From NCBI GenBank assembly GCA_043228905.1, contig JBHGNT010000004.1:22754001-22818000 (forward strand): a stretch of DNA of 64,000 nt, written 5' to 3'. Made by a program: the position numbers and the translations under genes. Under the pieces are notes generated by a model. It searched no databases. It was not told the origin of the DNA and worked only from the letters and a program-made list of their open reading frames with translations. Positions 26,479 to 41,008 of this stretch are shown here, piece after piece. The first letter of the stretch is position 1, and the number at the start of each line of letters is the position of its first letter. This DNA comes from Azolla caroliniana. Taxonomy: Eukaryota; Plantae; Polypodiophyta.

Positions 26479-29458
26479 TCAGATCTCTGAGCTTGAATTC
26501 ATCCATTTCTCTTCCATCTCTGATTCATGTATTTTCTTCTGTTTCTGTCTCCGGGGTGATTTGGTGGCCTTAGAATCCCTAAGCTTCCTTGACAAGAGCT
26601 CGAAAATTTGCCATGTAGCATCACCGTTAGCAAGGGGATCCGTATACAGCAGTGCTCTCCTATATGATTCGTTCCACAGATTCTTCTGAATAGTGGTAAG
26701 GTTAGTATGTGCTACCTTCTCCAAGATCTTTCCTAGCTTATCCACATCTTTCTCACCCACAGTCACTGAAATCTGAGACCAATTAATGGCATGAGGAAAT
26801 GGCAAAGCGATCATATCTGCAATGATAACAGGGACACATCCAGATATAACTGATTCTACAATACGGGGACTCCATGGTGCCCAGCCTAGAGGGCAAAGGC
26901 AAAACACAGATCGACGAAGCTCGGAGTAATAATCTGATGTCCTTGTTCTCTTTATGAAGAACTTCCTATTCCTTCGGAATTTATGCCAGATTGTCGATCG
27001 GATGCCCCTAGCAAAATCCAAACATACTGAAAGATTAATCATTAAACAAGGAAACTGACCAGATTGAGAAGAAGGTAGAAGCATTCAGGTGAGAATTTGG
27101 AAGGATAACGGTGAGAATTTCGAAGAGCACAGAGAAAGTCAAGTTACAATCAATTATGTATGCAGAAACAGTGAAAGTGTAAAAGAGAACACTGCTAAAC
27201 CAGATTTTAAACTACAATACACATAGAGAACTTGAAATAACAAAATCATGTTCAATTCTATCATATGTACAGAAATAGTGAGAAGCGGAAAGAAAACACC
27301 AGCAAATTGTGGTAAAAAACTATCATAAAGCATCACGATAGGAATTTGAGAGAGAACAAGTAACATTAGGTTAAAATCCGTCATATCTACACTGGGAAGA
27401 TTGGGTTGAATGTATCTTATACGAGACAATGGGAGGGAAGGAGAATTAGAACGAAAACAGTTGGAAGGTCAGGCAATTTAAAATAAAATAGTGGCGTTAA
27501 CCTGTCATATATACAGAAAATATGCGAATTTGAAATAAAAAGCTGGCAAGGTTATGTACAAAAACAGTAAAAATCTGACAAAATACAGCAATAACAGGTT
27601 TCATTCTGCACCATATATGAAGAAACAATGAGATCAGGTTTAAACTACCATATACATAGAAATAATGAGAACTTGAAAGAGAACACTAGCAAAGAAAGGC
27701 CGGGTGGAAATCAATCATAATCTAATATGACCATAATGAGTACCTGCTGTAGATTCTGCCACTGACATTCTTGGGGTTTATCTCCATTTTGCCTCTAAAA
27801 TAGGCCCAAATATCTCTACGTTGCAGATCAGGGCGCCAGCTAGAATAATTGGCCATGTTGGGAGGCTGTACAAAGGGGGGAATATGAATATGGTTATTAG
27901 CTTGGCAAACATGTCCATCTGTTCGTCCAAAAGTCTGCAAAATCACAGAGCTACGAAGAAAGCTTGGAATGCCGGCAGCTACAGCAAAATCCTCCTGCAT
28001 ATCATTGTATCAATTAAATATATATGAGCTGTCCCAATAAGACATAATTTATTACCATCATTCTCAGATATAACATTTAGAATCAAAACCATCAGCAATA
28101 GATAAGTGCCATCGCTTAAAAAAATACATGATAATCAACATTATCAGATGAGATATTTGAAATCAAAATCATCCCCAATTTATGTGAGCTCTATCCCCCA
28201 CGAATGAAGAGTAGATAATCATCATCGGCTGCAATATCATAAAATCATGATGATTTATTAAATCTTACCATGGTATGAAAGCAGGGTCCATAGTCATGAG
28301 TAGCCACAAAGACATGATCTTCTCCATTGCTGTAGTTCCAGTATGGCATCTCGAGAGAAACGTGCTTTACAGCAGCAGCTAACAGAGCTCTGGCATGGCT
28401 GATCGATGGAAAACCAGAGGTCGTATTAAAGTTACATGAAACATACACAGGCATGAAGAAAAAATCAGCTTCTGATGGTTCCATAGTTCTCACAGGGCTC
28501 TCTAACAGACGATGATGAATGGCAACTTCTGCAGCAAAGAGATGATTGGAGCATCGCTTATCTTTCTGCACTAACCAGACCTTGTTGAAAATAGACGGAA
28601 GATCGTAGACATAGATCTTTAGGTCAGGATCAGACAATCCTAAAGGATTGATGCTAGACATATTGTCGATTACACCTGTCGAACGGAAACGTAAATGGCT
28701 GCATTTATAAGGAGAATATATATAAGGGAGAAGCTCATGAATATATTATGCATACCATGGGAATAGCTTGATGATTTGAGAGATTTCTTCATTACTGTAA
28801 CCTTTGGTTTTGAACGCAAGGTCCTTGCCTGTTCGTGTGTGAACTCTAAGCTTCTGAAGCTTTTTGTCGTCATAGGCCATGGTCTGTAAGTAGTAGATGG
28901 TTTGAGAAAAGAAGAAGAAGGCAAACGACCAGAATCTCCTGATTTAACGATGAACGCATTTCCAACCTCTGTCACTAAAGCTGGTGGTAATGAAACATGA
29001 GTTTGCATCTGCTTATTCACATTATGATCTGAAAAGACTAGCCAACCAGGCCATAATCTGAGCACGATGACCGCCAAAATCATGAAGAGAACAGAGAAAA
29101 TAATCAGATTTCCGTATATTTTTCGGCAGATTAATCTTGATATCTGTGTATAATTATATTTATCTACAGTACTGATCCTTGAGCCTCCTCTCATCTGATG
29201 ATGATGCTTGCCGTTAGTATAGCTCGCCTTGCATAATTTACAGGAATGAGAGCTTGATTCCATTAACGCCATAGCCATAGCTTCCTTAAGGTTAATGCAG
29301 TTAATTCCCCTCTGATTTCTTCCGAGGATATTATTATCGTTTCCCTTCATCTTTACAGATACTAAGCGATGAGTCTGTTTAACATGAGAATCCTGCCTCT
29401 GATCATCATCCACGCTTCCTTGGAAGGATGCAGTACAGTAACATTTATTCCAAAGCAT
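26479..29458 (-). CDS. IRX7: GT47/exostosin-family glycosyltransferase, IRX7/FRA8/F8H-like (xylan biosynthesis). Exons: (29458 or a downstream ATG)-28756, 28639-28269, 27994-27744, 27007-26479
   Basis: Type II TM segment (LIIFSVLFMILAVIVLRLW), LKIYVYDLP...RCSNHLFAAEVAIH, DHVFVATHDYGPCFHTM, RRDIWAYFRGKMEINPKNVSGRIYS, RSVFCLCPLGWAPWSPRIVES. GT-AG introns are in phase. Start codon is uncertain because there are several in-frame ATGs. Confidence 0.88.
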
Positions 29459-30877
29459 TTCAACTACCGTTTTAGCTGCACCGGCGGAGCCGTCGGGAAG
29501 TAGTAAAACAGGAAGGCATGTTGATGATGGTGATGGTGAAATAATTCACTTAGCATTAATGAGCTTTGGCATATACGTATATTGTAGTAAAGAGGGAAGG
29601 CTTGAAGTGTTTATGAATTATGAATAGATAGGTATATCAACAGAGATGGATTTAGTGGCGAAGGAAGGAGGAGTTTAATCGTCGACACAGAACTGTCTTG
29701 TATAATACAGACTATTAAACATTGCGTTTAAGAGCAGTTATTGTGAACACTGAGCGGGGTGGGAAAGAGGGACCAGACAGGCGCCATAGGAAATCGGAAC
29801 GTCAATTCCGTCGGTGGATTGAATTGATATCGACAGGACTTCTTTGCTACTGAAATGTGGCAGCTTAGAAGGCGTAAAGATCGATCATTTTAACGTTAAT
29901 TAACAACAGAAGACGGAGAAAGCAAATAGCCATTCAAGAATACATTCACGTTAAGCAGAAGAAGAAGAAGAAGAAGAAGAAATGGCCAATGCAGCTGCTA
30001 TTCAACTTAAACAGAATATGCAGACGACGAAATGTCCTTTAAAGCAGATATTTCCATCAAAAATGATGGAGAACAAATCGAAGATGAAGAAGATATTTAC
30101 ATTAAACAGAAGAAGGAGAAGGAAAGCATGCCAGTAAAGACGATAGCCACATTAAACAGACGAAGAAGGAAAAGTGGTCAAAGAAGGTAGATTGATTACC
30201 TTCCTAGGAGTTAAAAGAGGATGAAGGCGAATCAAAGAATGGAAAATTAGACCATCAGTGATCCTATTCTGCTTTGCAGATGCAGAACGCTTATTTCTCC
30301 GTCAAATGGGAAATGAAGGGGGAAGACGGAATTAGGTCTAGTGAATTCAGAGCAAACCTTGAAGCAGAAGCAGCAAAAAAATTAGTTTGTATAAGCAATT
30401 GGTGGAGTCGCAGAAAGGAACAACAAATGTCGCTCCTACGCTCGCAAACATCAAGCCATACAACTTAATAGCAGAAGAAAATATATAAATATAGCCTCCT
30501 GCTATCCTCCTTCACCTGCAGCTAAAGGAATCCATCCGGAATTTCAGAGGTGATGATAAGGAGGAGGCAAAGTGGGGGTACAAAAATGGGAGCTTAGTAA
30601 TGGTGATACATACGTTCTTGCTGAGAAGGATCAAAGAAGGAGGAGGAAGAAGAAGAAGAGAGGTCTGGCTATGGAGAAGAATGTGTGTGTGCGTGTGTGT
30701 GAAGAGAGAGAGAGAGAGAGAGAGAGGCCCGGCTATGGCGGACCTGCTGGTTTTTTCGAAGCTTTCGTTTTTCGCCTTTCATTTTAATTTTTTGTTTTGA
30801 TTTTTTTTTCCGCTCAATTTTTTTTGGAGACCAAAAAAACAAACAAAAGGGCGCCCGACCATCGTGCCACCTGTCAT

Positions 30878-31205
30878 GCCACGTCAGTGGAGCTGCCGCC
30901 CCGCCCGCCGAAGCACGCGCCACGTCAGACAGCCCTGCCACGTCACACGCCTCAAACGAAAAAACAAAGAACACAATAGAAAAAAGGAATATCCGACCAA
31001 AAAAGTGAAAAAGCAAAACACAGTTCTTTAGCCTTTTTTTTAATCTCCGAGATATATTAATATATCCGTCAGTGCCACGTGTCTGCCACGTCAGGCGATG
31101 ATAAGGCCGCCGTGTAAGTGTTCCGGCCGCGGGACTAGCGAAACGGATGCCGAGAGGCACGTGCCACGTCAGACTTCCCTTTCGAACGCTTCCCTGCCAC
31201 GTCAC
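30878..31205. promoter_or_regulatory. CpG-rich cluster of ACGT-core bZIP sites upstream of the IRX7-like gene
   Basis: GCCACGTCA at 30878, 30919, 30937, 31085, 31163 and 31196, plus CACGTG at 31076 and 31158. Lies just beyond a (GA)n tract at ~30703-30725. Confidence 0.6.
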
Positions 31206-34200
31206 ACGCTTAAGCGAAAAAACAAAAAACACAACAGAAAAAGAAATATCAGATCAAAAGTAATAAAAACAAATACCAAAAAAAAACATTTTTTGCCTTT
31301 TTTTTAAAATCTCGGCGAGTCGTAGATATTAATATAATCCTTTTTTTATTTCCCATTTTAATTTGGAGTCATTTCAGAAGAGAATGGAATTTTCCGAGGG
31401 TTAAAAAAGTATTATTTCAATTATAAAATCAAAAACAACAAGTAGTTAAAAATAAATGCTACTATAAATAAGAATAAATAAAGAAGGGCAAAAATTCCTT
31501 ATTCCTTTTTTATCTCAAATCCACTAAGTCCCTTAAGGTTTTGTTTTTTATTTATTTTTCTTTTTTAAACAATCGAGGTAAATAAATAGTAGAGGCCTTA
31601 ATGGTGGTAGCTTTAGAGTAAAGAATATTTATTAAGTTGCCTTACACATATGTATTTAGTAAAGCTATTCTATACATATAGTGTACACACACACATATGT
31701 GTGTGTGTGTGTATGCCAACTAGTGGTGGTGGTGGTGTGAGGCAAATGCAATGCTTTTAAATCTTTTCTTTTAACACATATACAGCTATTAAAAGGTAGT
31801 GGGAGTGAAAGCCTTTATAATTTAAAAGAAAAGCTATTCAAAATGTTAGTAGTGCAACCCAAAGGTAGCGAGTATCCGGAAATAAGTGGGTGGGGTGGGT
31901 GTAGCCTCGTTAACACACCTAACCCATCTCTCGCCATCTCCACCAGAGTACATTCGTCCGATGCACTGTATGGTTGTCTTGTCTTATATAAACTCTGTAA
32001 CATCCTGGGATCACATTTGATAAGAGAATTTGGAGAAGGGATCAGATGACATATAGCAGTGTAGCATCTCTCGACAACGATGGTTTGCCACCTACTAACT
32101 CTCAATTTTTGTTTTTGTTTTTATTTTCGATGATTGGGTACACATCCTACTATTGTAACCAATTGTCTCATGGGCCAAATTTGATCTTTGAAGACGTTAA
32201 TATATCTTTCTAACGTTCAACTTGCATTCTGAATTGATTGTGTCAGGCAAATTCAGTGATTGCCTTTCTTTTTCTCATTGAAGACCATAACAAACATCAC
32301 ATGCGATTTTAACCTTGCTCTTTTATTGAATTATCTTGGAGGAACACTAGTAATCCGATAACAATCTTTACTCACGTTGATATTGACTTATCCTTTATGG
32401 TGGTCGTAGTTGATAATGTAACATTTTGTCTCTATGAGCCCAATATGTACTCTAAAATAAAGAAACTTAATTGCTTATGTGATTCACGATAATAATAATA
32501 AAGTTGATGGATGTTAAAGAGTTCTAACATTTTTCTCCTTGTAATCAACTTCAACTAATAAGTATTGCCTTCCATGTAAAAGTGTCTTGCATGGTTCAAA
32601 GTCTAGAAATCGGGTCTATGTAATTAACTACCCAATATGACAAAATTCTTTACAAGCGTTTAAAATCATGAAAATATAAGTTCTACATGCATGTTGTGGG
32701 GGGCCTTCTCGAAGAATTCATGATTGAACCGGAGTCTAGAATAAACGATCAAATTCAGTATTTGTCTCTTTATTCATACTCCATATATATGTATTTCTAT
32801 CCTACTTCAAGCTCTAACTTTGAAGGATGATATTTTATATGAAACTCAAGATACCATTCCGAAACATGCATATGGTTGTACGCATGTTCAAAGAAGCATT
32901 TATCTACATAATTAAACTAGCTATGAATACAAGTGCATATTTGTTGTTTAGTTTGTTTGACCATCAACAAATAGTTGGAAGTAATGACTTTGAAGCATAA
33001 CTATGTTTATGAGTTATCATTTTGTACTTGGTTTCATCAAAGCATTATAATATACTAAAGATATTAACATGATTGGTCAATATACTTGAGTTCAATGGAT
33101 CTTTGATTTTTAAGTGATGCGCGAACATATAAGCGATGGGTACGAACAACATGTAAGTGACCAACTTAAGCTAATCGAGAAAAATTATTATATCAAGCCA
33201 CATACAAACTTTTGCAAGGCTTCTATTGCATCTATACACCACTTATGCATACACTCAAAACATTAGAATTTGCATGATTGAAATCGTTATTGAGAATTTA
33301 CTTTCTTTAAAGTCCGCAAATCATATAAATATCCTCAGTTTCAATGGTATATGATACATAGAGGGCAAGGTTAAGAAGAAATGATTGTGCATGACTTTCC
33401 TAGTGGCAAACATTTCTCATGAGATGGGTCATTATACGCATGTTCCTTAAGGTAAACCTAACTAGATTATCAAACGGATTCCACATGCTTCAAATAATTT
33501 AACATCATATGAAATTGGAGAGTAATGTGAGTTGTATAATTTGCTTTTTGCTCTTTAAGAGATTGTACAAATCATCTTGTGTTGAAATAAAATGCGAAAA
33601 GTAAATGGCAAGGGATAGTGTGAAATTCAAGGCATATTGAAGGATATATCTATTCAAATGTTTGTGTTCTAGTGTAAATGGCCACGTTTTGAGAAACCTT
33701 TTTTTAAGTATTTTGATGGACATCACACGAGGTTCAAGACATATTTTATGGATACCAATACAATTGTTAACTTGTTACAAATGATTTGCACTATATCCAT
33801 AAATAGTGTCATTTCTTATCATACTTACAAATTACAATTATGCCATTGCTTATTATACTTCTAGTTATCGTAAATGACACAAATATTTCAATATTGGTAT
33901 TGTGAAGTAAAACATCTACCCTTGATTTGGTCGTCTAACTTTGAAAAAGTTAGCTAGCTTAACAACGTCGAGAGAGTTTTCAATTCATAAGTTTGTAGTA
34001 AAGATAGCTTAACAACATCATGAGATATAAAACTTGGTTAGTTGCATTGTGAGATATATAATTAGGGGTCAAACCATCCAAATTTTGTAAGTTTGTAGAA
34101 AATCTAGCTTAACAACATCATGAGATATAAAACTTAGTTAGCAACATTGGAGATATAAATTAGGGGTGAAACCATCCAATTTTACACATAATGTTAGCTT

Positions 34201-37200
34201 AACAACAAAAAGAAATCTATTTGAGATGGATGGATATAAACAAATGTTCCACGATGAGATATGTTGGGCTCATTTTTAGTTATGGAGGTACTATCATTGC
34301 CTCTTAATTGCGAAAATCCACAAGGAAGTAACAGATTTGTATAACAAAATCTACATCCACACATTGTCGCTTGGAATGCCTCTATAGCTTATCTAGTAGT
34401 CTGAGGCATTGATATCAATTCCTAAACAATGTGAAAATATAATTTATTCTCAATTGCCCAACTTTCGACAACAAAAGCTTGTGGCTTTTGGTAACAATAT
34501 GCATATCGTGTTGTTACGGGAGCATATTTTGAACCACGAGAAGCACAAGATAAAAAGGATGGGAGCATGAAAAGCTACAAAATCCAATTGGAACATGAGG
34601 GAGAATGATGGTGGGATCAGAAAGATAAGATAATGAATACTACAGTGGTGGTAATGATTTTTGAAAGGGGCATAATATACATAACATAATCCCAGAAAAG
34701 CGCATGGTTGTACCTAAAGGCTTGCAAAATTCTTACTTTAGTGCTTTGAGGCATTTCCGATCAATTGATTCTCACGAGTCACTACCATGGAGGACCCAAA
34801 TGCATGCTCATTTTGCATCTCAAGTTTTGTTCTTATGCAATAGGATCATAATGGTCATTCTTGACAAACTAAACTCCAAGAGGAAGTCCCTTTTCCCATG
34901 CATGATTCCCAAAGCTTTGAATGTCGTGCGTTTTTGCGTAAATGAAGGTGTCGTGGTAAGTTGCCACACAATGACGTTAACATAGATATGTGCCAATTAA
35001 TCTATTTTAGAGTGGTAGACCCAATAAGTTTTTACCGTTGTTTATAAAAAAAAAAGGAGTTCTTGTTTTCCCTTAAATCGCTTGATCACAATCAACATCA
35101 CAAGTTTAGTTAATTGTGAAGTGTAATATCCCTAGTTAGCCAAGAGGACTATGAATTTATTATAGAAGTTTGTAATTGTGACCCATAAGTAGGTTGCCCA
35201 AGGGTTCATCAACCAAGAGGTACATGAACAAGCAACTTACCCAACTACCAAGATTTCTAGTATCTTGCCAAGGAAAGGCTTGAATGACGTGTCTTTCACA
35301 TGATGGTGTAGTGGGTAAGGTTGTTTTCATATCCTTTGAGTTATCAATTCCAAGCCTAATAATAGCCTATCCTAGATCATGCATATTGTTCTAGTAATGA
35401 GGGGTTAGTTTCCCTATGATTTTATCTTGCGACCATTTAGTTGTGTAGATTATAGCGGAGAAGTGGCATGTAAATCTTATAATTAGGAATGTGCATGCAA
35501 TGTAAATTACATCAAACCCAATGTCTTTTTATTGAATGATGCGAACTATTCTTCTTGTCAATGATCGTTGTAGAGCAAAACAATAAAGTAAGAAATTTGA
35601 AAGGCCTTACGGTGCCTTTTTATCTATTCCTACAAGAAAATAACTTTGTTTTTGTTATTCTAGTGAAAGTTATTCACGATCCCATTCATTCGCTTTCCTA
35701 TTGATTGGGATCACGTGATGTCTTTAGCATCATTTACCCAATGGAATGAATGACAATGTCTCTCGTACCTTGGCCACACATTATTTACAACATGATAAAA
35801 TTTTGTTTGTACCACACACACCTCTCATGTTTCATCTACACATTTACACAAGTCTCATGAGAAATGGTACCTTTCATTCATCAAAGGCTAGTAACAAATA
35901 CGTATATATGTACTTCGTGAGTCCTATAAAATTGTGGTATTTACTATTTTCCCTTCCTATTTAAAGGAAACATCTGATGATTGGCCCCAAAACTTTTCCT
36001 TGGAATGCCATTGTTATATGTACATTACACGAAAGAAGATGCAAGATTTGTTTTTACTCTTTATTGCCTCCAACCCCACCTTTTATGTGCATTGGAGTTG
36101 GTTATATAAAAAAGAAAATATCGGGGTGGGTGAAAGAAGAAGTGCCCACTTTTCATGTTGATGTGCTATTTACCAAAGATATAGAGGGAGGGAAGGGAGA
36201 GGAGGGGAGAAAATATAAAGAGATAAGTGTGCCTCTAAGATTTCGTACGAATCAACTTTTCACCTAGAAAAGTTAAAAATAGCATGATTTAACTCCATTT
36301 GCAATGTGAATCTAACCCCGTAGAACCCACTTATGGGTTGGTTATACATCCACCCACCAAGATCCTTCACGAGGCTTCTTTGTTTGAGAATAGGTAAGAG
36401 GTAGGCAACCATCACTTCACCCACTTTAAACAAAAAAACCCTCATGATGTTTGTAAAGAACCGAGCAAACTTTTATACAAATGAAGAAATGTTTTTTACT
36501 ACATGTATACAAACCATGTTTCTTTCATCCTTCTCAAATTTGAATATGTATGATTGGTTCAATTTCAATTGTCTTGTGTTAAGGAGATTAGAGAGTTGAT
36601 AACATTTTTTCCACCTTATGTAAGTGAAAGGTTAGGCCCAAGAAAAGAAAAATGAATCGACTAACCTTCAAGAAAATATTTATTGGCAATTTACTTAGCT
36701 CAACATGTTCATCTCGTCCACTAGCATTTGAGTGTTGGGGTTGAAACTCGTCACATGGCCTTATTTCGCTTGTTTCAAATTACTGCCAATTGAAGCAAAG
36801 TTGTGGGGGGCCCTTATTTTTTTGCTACAATTATATATTGTGATTTGTTCCTCCCTTTTTTTTTTATGGTGGGTGAATGCCAATTCAAGACAAGACCTAC
36901 ACAAAAAAACCCCATTTTTGGGTGTAAGGAGAGAAATGTGGCAAAAACATTTTCATCTAAAATAAACTTGTGCCAATTGACAAGGTTGTGTGGGTCCAAA
37001 AATGTAATATATTTGTTTCTTCTACACTTCAACATTGTCATGTGTTCCTCCCTTCTTCATGGTCAAAACCAAAACCTAAGAGATACACAAAATGCATCTA
37101 TTCTGGGGTGTAAGGAGGAAGAGGAAAATATTGGAATATGGAATTCTCAAGATTGACAATTTTTATTTGTTCTTGTAATTTGATATTTTTAGGTACAAGA

Positions 37201-37835
37201 CACATTTCACACGGCCACGTCTAGGTCAAATCACCTTTTCTTGCGAGCCATCCCAAAGCATGTTGATGCAACATACAATTTCTACCATACAATCATATTT
37301 AATGACATTTGATAAATGCTAGTAAAATTTGCACTTTACCAAATTCATTCATGTTCTTAGAGAAGTATGAGAAATGGTCAAGTCCAATGTGTGTTATTAT
37401 CATGAATATATGTTCAGGGAAATAATGTCATATTTATTGCTTTTCATATGCCTACGAGCCATAATATTTCCAGTCTACACTATTGTCTATTGGTCTACCA
37501 TCTTATCATATATGTATACAAGAAACATGACCATATTGTAATATGTGGGGAAACACCCTTTATTAGGTGGCAATAACTCATACTCAATAGGCTCGTAATG
37601 TGAAATGGACTTTTTAGGGTCATGAATTTGTATTCATAATTCAACAGCAAAATCTCTTATATAAATTAGGTCTATAGGTGCCCTAACTTTTAGTCCTCAT
37701 TTTCTCGACTTTACATCCAATTAGAGCCATTTTCTTCCTTCTTGATTTTCTACACTATTTAGTTGAGGGAGATATTTTTTACATCGCAATTATCTATTTA
37801 ATTGAAGTGCGTCATATGTTTTCTAATATATTGTT

Positions 37836-38215
37836 TATCTATTAATTTGGACAAACATATTTCTTAATTTATATAACAATCATGCGCATTAGATATATTT
37901 AATTGAGATACCTCATATTTGTTTAACTTTAGTTTATCTGAAAAAACCCTTGAGACTTCCACAATAGCATTGATTAAAGAATATTGCATTTTTGTGTACA
38001 ATATAGTATTGACTAAAATATATTGTCTTATCTATTAATTTGGACAAACATATTTCTTAATTGATATAACAATCATGTGCATTAGATATATTTAATTGAG
38101 ACACCTCATACGTGTTTAGCTTTAGTTTATCTGAAAAAACCTTTGAGGCTTCAACAATAGCATTGATTAAAGAATATAGCATTTTTGTGTATAATATAGT
38201 ATTGACTAAAGAATA
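37836..38215. repeat. 193-bp tandem duplication
   Basis: tatctattaatttggacaaacatatttcttaatt at 37836 and 38029, with continuing similarity. Confidence 0.85.
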
Positions 38216-40297
38216 CAGTATAATATGGCATTTACCATTTGGGAGGGATACCTCCAATCCCTTTGTTAGCCCATTGTGAAGAAGGCAATCCTTCATGACT
38301 TAACAAATGACCCTTAGAAGTGCAACACTCCAAGGTATGAGTCATGTTGACCCCTTTGGGGAACATGATTCAAGCATAGATTGCACATTGCCATTTGCAT
38401 CACATTTGCTTGGTTGATGGTTTGTGTTTGTAGTATGAAAAATATGAAATTGTTTTTTCAGGAGGATTACTGTCTTTTGCCAATCATAAAAAAATTTGCA
38501 ATAGAAGATCCAATATTTTACGGTTTGGATTACATTAGTGGCCGTTCATGTTTTCCACTATTTTACTTATTTGAGGTTAAATGAAGAATAAAATTATGTG
38601 CATACATTCTTTACGATGTTGAAAGTAATGCTATATGTATAAGTATTGATACTCATACAAGTCTCAAATTACAATTAATGAACTTGTCATTCATTGCCTT
38701 GCTAATATACTTTGCAAGAAGTTTCTCTTCTAATCTCTACACATAAATATATAATCCTGATAGAATATAAGAAATACCCTCTACATTTGCATTTCATTTT
38801 TATGGACTAAAAAATCTCTCTTTTCTCTTGCCTTGTTTGGTAAAATTAATGTATATATCTAAACAACATGACATTACAAAAAATCCTTCTCCCTATTACA
38901 ATGGCAAGGATATTAAGGCAAGGAAAACCCTCTAAGACGTGGTAACATTTCTATGCCCACATAGCTTAGTTGTGAGGATTGCCAAATCAATTTTGCTTTT
39001 AGCCATTGTACATGTGGTATTGCTTGAACCACTGAAACCATTAAACTCCAATTCTACCATAGATTTCAATACCTAAGTAGTCAAACTCTACCTTTTACCA
39101 TAGGGAGAGTATAACACTATCTTCCTCAACAACCAACATTTGAAAGTGTGAGAAACATTTACTAGTTAATGATCCCAAAGTAGCACCATAGCAGCCCCAA
39201 GTTATGTAGTTGTTCTACCAACTTAACATATGACAAGAATATACCTCATTGGTTCATTGTAATAGGGATGGGTGGGCAAACACCATATTGTTGGCTCTTA
39301 TGGTTTAACAAAAGAAATCAATAATTACAACACTCTTAACAATCAAAAGGGAAACCAATCATGCTCCCATACAATAAGTCAAGCTCAAACATTTAATATA
39401 GAAACTTCAAGTTTAAACTTTGGCTTAAAAATGAAATCAAGGCTTTGGTCTAGAGAGAGAGATAGAGAAAGCTATATAGGTAAGGTTGTCCAACAGTGAT
39501 CAAAGGGTAATGAATTCAACCCCTAAGTTCCACAATGGCAAGTAAGGTCGAGTCTTGAACACACCAAGGCCTTGGATTAGTAGTCTAACAACTTACAACT
39601 AGACTATAAGCTAATTATGACCATGCGATCAAACAAACGTATCATCTTGAATTTATTTTATTGGTTACAACGAAGCCAATTTTGACCATGGGATCAAACA
39701 AACGTATCATCTTGCATATGACCCCATCCTAAGAATAAGGGTAGTAAAAATTCTCTACATGAAAATAATGCACACACATATGATGTGCTCACTGCACATT
39801 TGAATATGGCACTTTAAAATCATGGTCATCCAACAAGCCATTATAAGAGAAAATTTTCATTATCAAAGGAAGATCATTGTATGAAAGAGTTATTTTAAGA
39901 CTCTTGAACTTATTTAGGTCAAAATGTGCACGGTCAACTAGTCTCATTACCTACGCCCCAACATCTCATCTCAACACCAAAAGGTTCACTTCATAAGGAG
40001 TGAGCTTAATCATTTATGTGTTTTGTGAAAGTTCTATCAAAGGCTTTGTAAAAATTAGTAACATTTTCTCTCAAAGACTTCATACTCAAAGATAGCCATC
40101 TGAGTTCCTCTACAAATGTTTCGAAAAGATTACCTATGATATGTGTAAGGAGCATGTCAACACAAATCATCTAATCATTGTCGCAACAAAAACCATAGTA
40201 GTCTTGTCATGTCAAAATTAATATATTCCAACTACACTAAGAAACTCCAATTAAGAAACTTGTTTTTTACGTTATACAAAAAGCTTAAAGAGGACTC

Positions 40298-40560
40298 TAA
40301 GCTCAACCAACTTCCAAGACCAATGGTTTGTTGGGTTAACCCCAATAACACATGGTCTTTTTTGGTCAATACAAGACTACAAAGATTATAATACACTTAT
40401 AAATAAGGGCATCCTCAACAAAAGGTTCCAAGAGAACCCTAAGCTCAGTCAACTTCCAAGGCCAATTGTTTGTTGGTTAAACCCCAAAAATGCGTGGTAC
40501 TTTTTGGTCAATACAAGAGTATGAAGATTATAATACACTTTTATAAATAAGAGCATCACT
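40298..40560. repeat. 142-bp diverged tandem duplication
   Basis: taagctca..caacttccaag.ccaat.gtttg...ttttggtcaatacaaga at 40298 and 40440. Confidence 0.8.
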
Positions 40561-41008
40561 TATAAGACCCCTTACTTATCATAATCTTTACCAATAAAGA
40601 TCCTTTGTAAGAAAGGGCATTACATATAAGACCCCTTTCATAGTTAGTATGTAATGCCCAAATAGTTAATATTGCATCATGTAGTCATCATAGATTTCAA
40701 TAGTCACCATTCAAGATTTTTTATCATAGTTTTTAAGAAATGCGTATTTTATGTTTAGAATATAACACATATTCTACTTTTAGTATTGCCATTTCAAAAT
40801 GTTCCAAGTATTTTATGTATTGTAAAATAATAATAATAAATCACAAAAATTTAAAATTTTGGCCAAAAAGCCATTGTAAGAGAATTAGTATTTGATGTTT
40901 TCAATACATATTCTACATATTGTTCAGATTTTTTCTTTAGAATACATAATCTAAGTATTCATAAAAAAGGTTGAATACTTTAAAAATCTTTAGCATAATG
41001 CTTGTTCA

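Noticed and set aside
30669-31232. 187-aa minus-strand ORF with repeated LTW/VTWQ
   Set aside because: The repeats are translations of the TGACGTGGC motif array and poly-T runs. No protein family features.
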